Shown here: piece after piece, positions 63,575-64,000 of the stretch | Position numbering within the stretch: the stretch's first letter is position 1 | Layout: the number at the start of each line of letters is the position of its first letter | From: Geosiphon pyriformis uo1 | Lineage: Eukaryota > Fungi > Glomeromycota | DNA: 64,000 nt | Direction: 5' to 3' | NCBI GenBank assembly: GCA_016748015.1 | Contig: JAAOMT010000675.1 | Span: 1 to 64,000 of the forward strand | The notes under the pieces: generated by a model | Seen by the model: the letters and a program-made list of their open reading frames with translations, nothing else | What the model was told of the DNA's origin: nothing | Database searches by the model: none | Translations under genes and position numbers: made by a program

Positions 63575-63990
63575 TATTCTACCTGTTAATTTGAATTTAT
63601 TTTTCTTTTTGGCTGTTATTTTTAATTTTTCTCTTGTTCTCATTGACACCAACTAAGCTATTTTCACTAAAAGTAGGAATATTGTCTATGCTATTTTTTT
63701 GTTTAATTCAATTTTGTATGGTTTTTCTAATTTATTTTGTAGTATTGCAATAATATTTTCTACATATTTTGCATTAATTATTCCTTTTTTAATACTGATT
63801 TTTTTTTTTGCTAAGCTAAATTTAGATGCTAATTGAATTATTGTTGTTGCTAGAATTTCTAATGCTATTTTTAGATTAATACAAATATACATATTGGGTT
63901 CCAATATTATGGCATATTTTTCTGGATATCTTAGATTAAATCTTGCATTAATATTATGCACTCATTCTGGCATAATATTTTTCTTATTAT
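63575..63990 (-). pseudogene. dUTPase domain of the Gypsy pol
   Basis: Decayed motifs: ARFNL (AGFDL), ASKFSLAKK (SRSS), GIINAKYVENI (GIIDAGYxGxI), KIA*, KITAK..FK (motif 5). Confidence 0.8.
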
Positions 63991-64000
63991 CATTGAACTA

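Larger units (their letters stand above)
57765..64000 (-). mobile_element. Decayed Ty3/Gypsy element with dUTPase (5' part outside window): dUTPase-RT-RH-IN-ORF3-PPT-3'LTR
   Basis: RT ~61300-63100 (YLDN, split by solo LTR), RH ~60780-61200, IN ~59360-60735, PPT GAAGAAGATAA then TGTTACTC at 58645. Left LTR boundary (57765) is tentative. Confidence 0.85.

Overview
This is eukaryotic fungal DNA. Short GT-AG introns and the protein style suggest Glomeromycotina, possibly Geosiphon-like, but that is an inference and not a database result. The window has three compartments. (1) 1-~23,300 is a nest of dead retroelements. It holds LINE-like ORF1 (RRM-like + CCHC) elements interrupted by solo LTRs, decayed Ty3/Gypsy fragments, a MULE-like remnant and one structurally complete Ty3/Gypsy element (10,607-18,286; paired LTRs, 4-bp TSD, PBS). 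(2) ~24,000-56,000 is a compact island of 11 host genes: IPI3/WDR18, RPL31, RCL1, PRO2, a CYSTM protein, an OSH1/2-like ORP, a TBC1D12/14-like protein, an SNX41/ATG20-like sorting nexin, DOA10/MARCH6, an NZF-WWE-RING-H2 mini E3 ligase and an AGGF1-like OCRE-FHA-G-patch protein. The CYSTM and NZF-WWE-RING genes are absent from the ORF track and were assembled by hand from exons. (3) ~56,600-64,000 is an AT desert followed by a dUTPase-bearing Gypsy element carrying another solo LTR. Main leads: a 193-aa ubiquitin-binding/ADP-ribose-reading/RING E3; a TBC domain with both catalytic fingers replaced; a shared non-env ORF3 in two different Gypsy families; an ORF1-only LINE derivative with a conserved 3' tail; a conserved hairpin + poly(U) module in LTRs; and transition-only (RIP-like) erosion of repeats. 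All coordinates and translations are manual.
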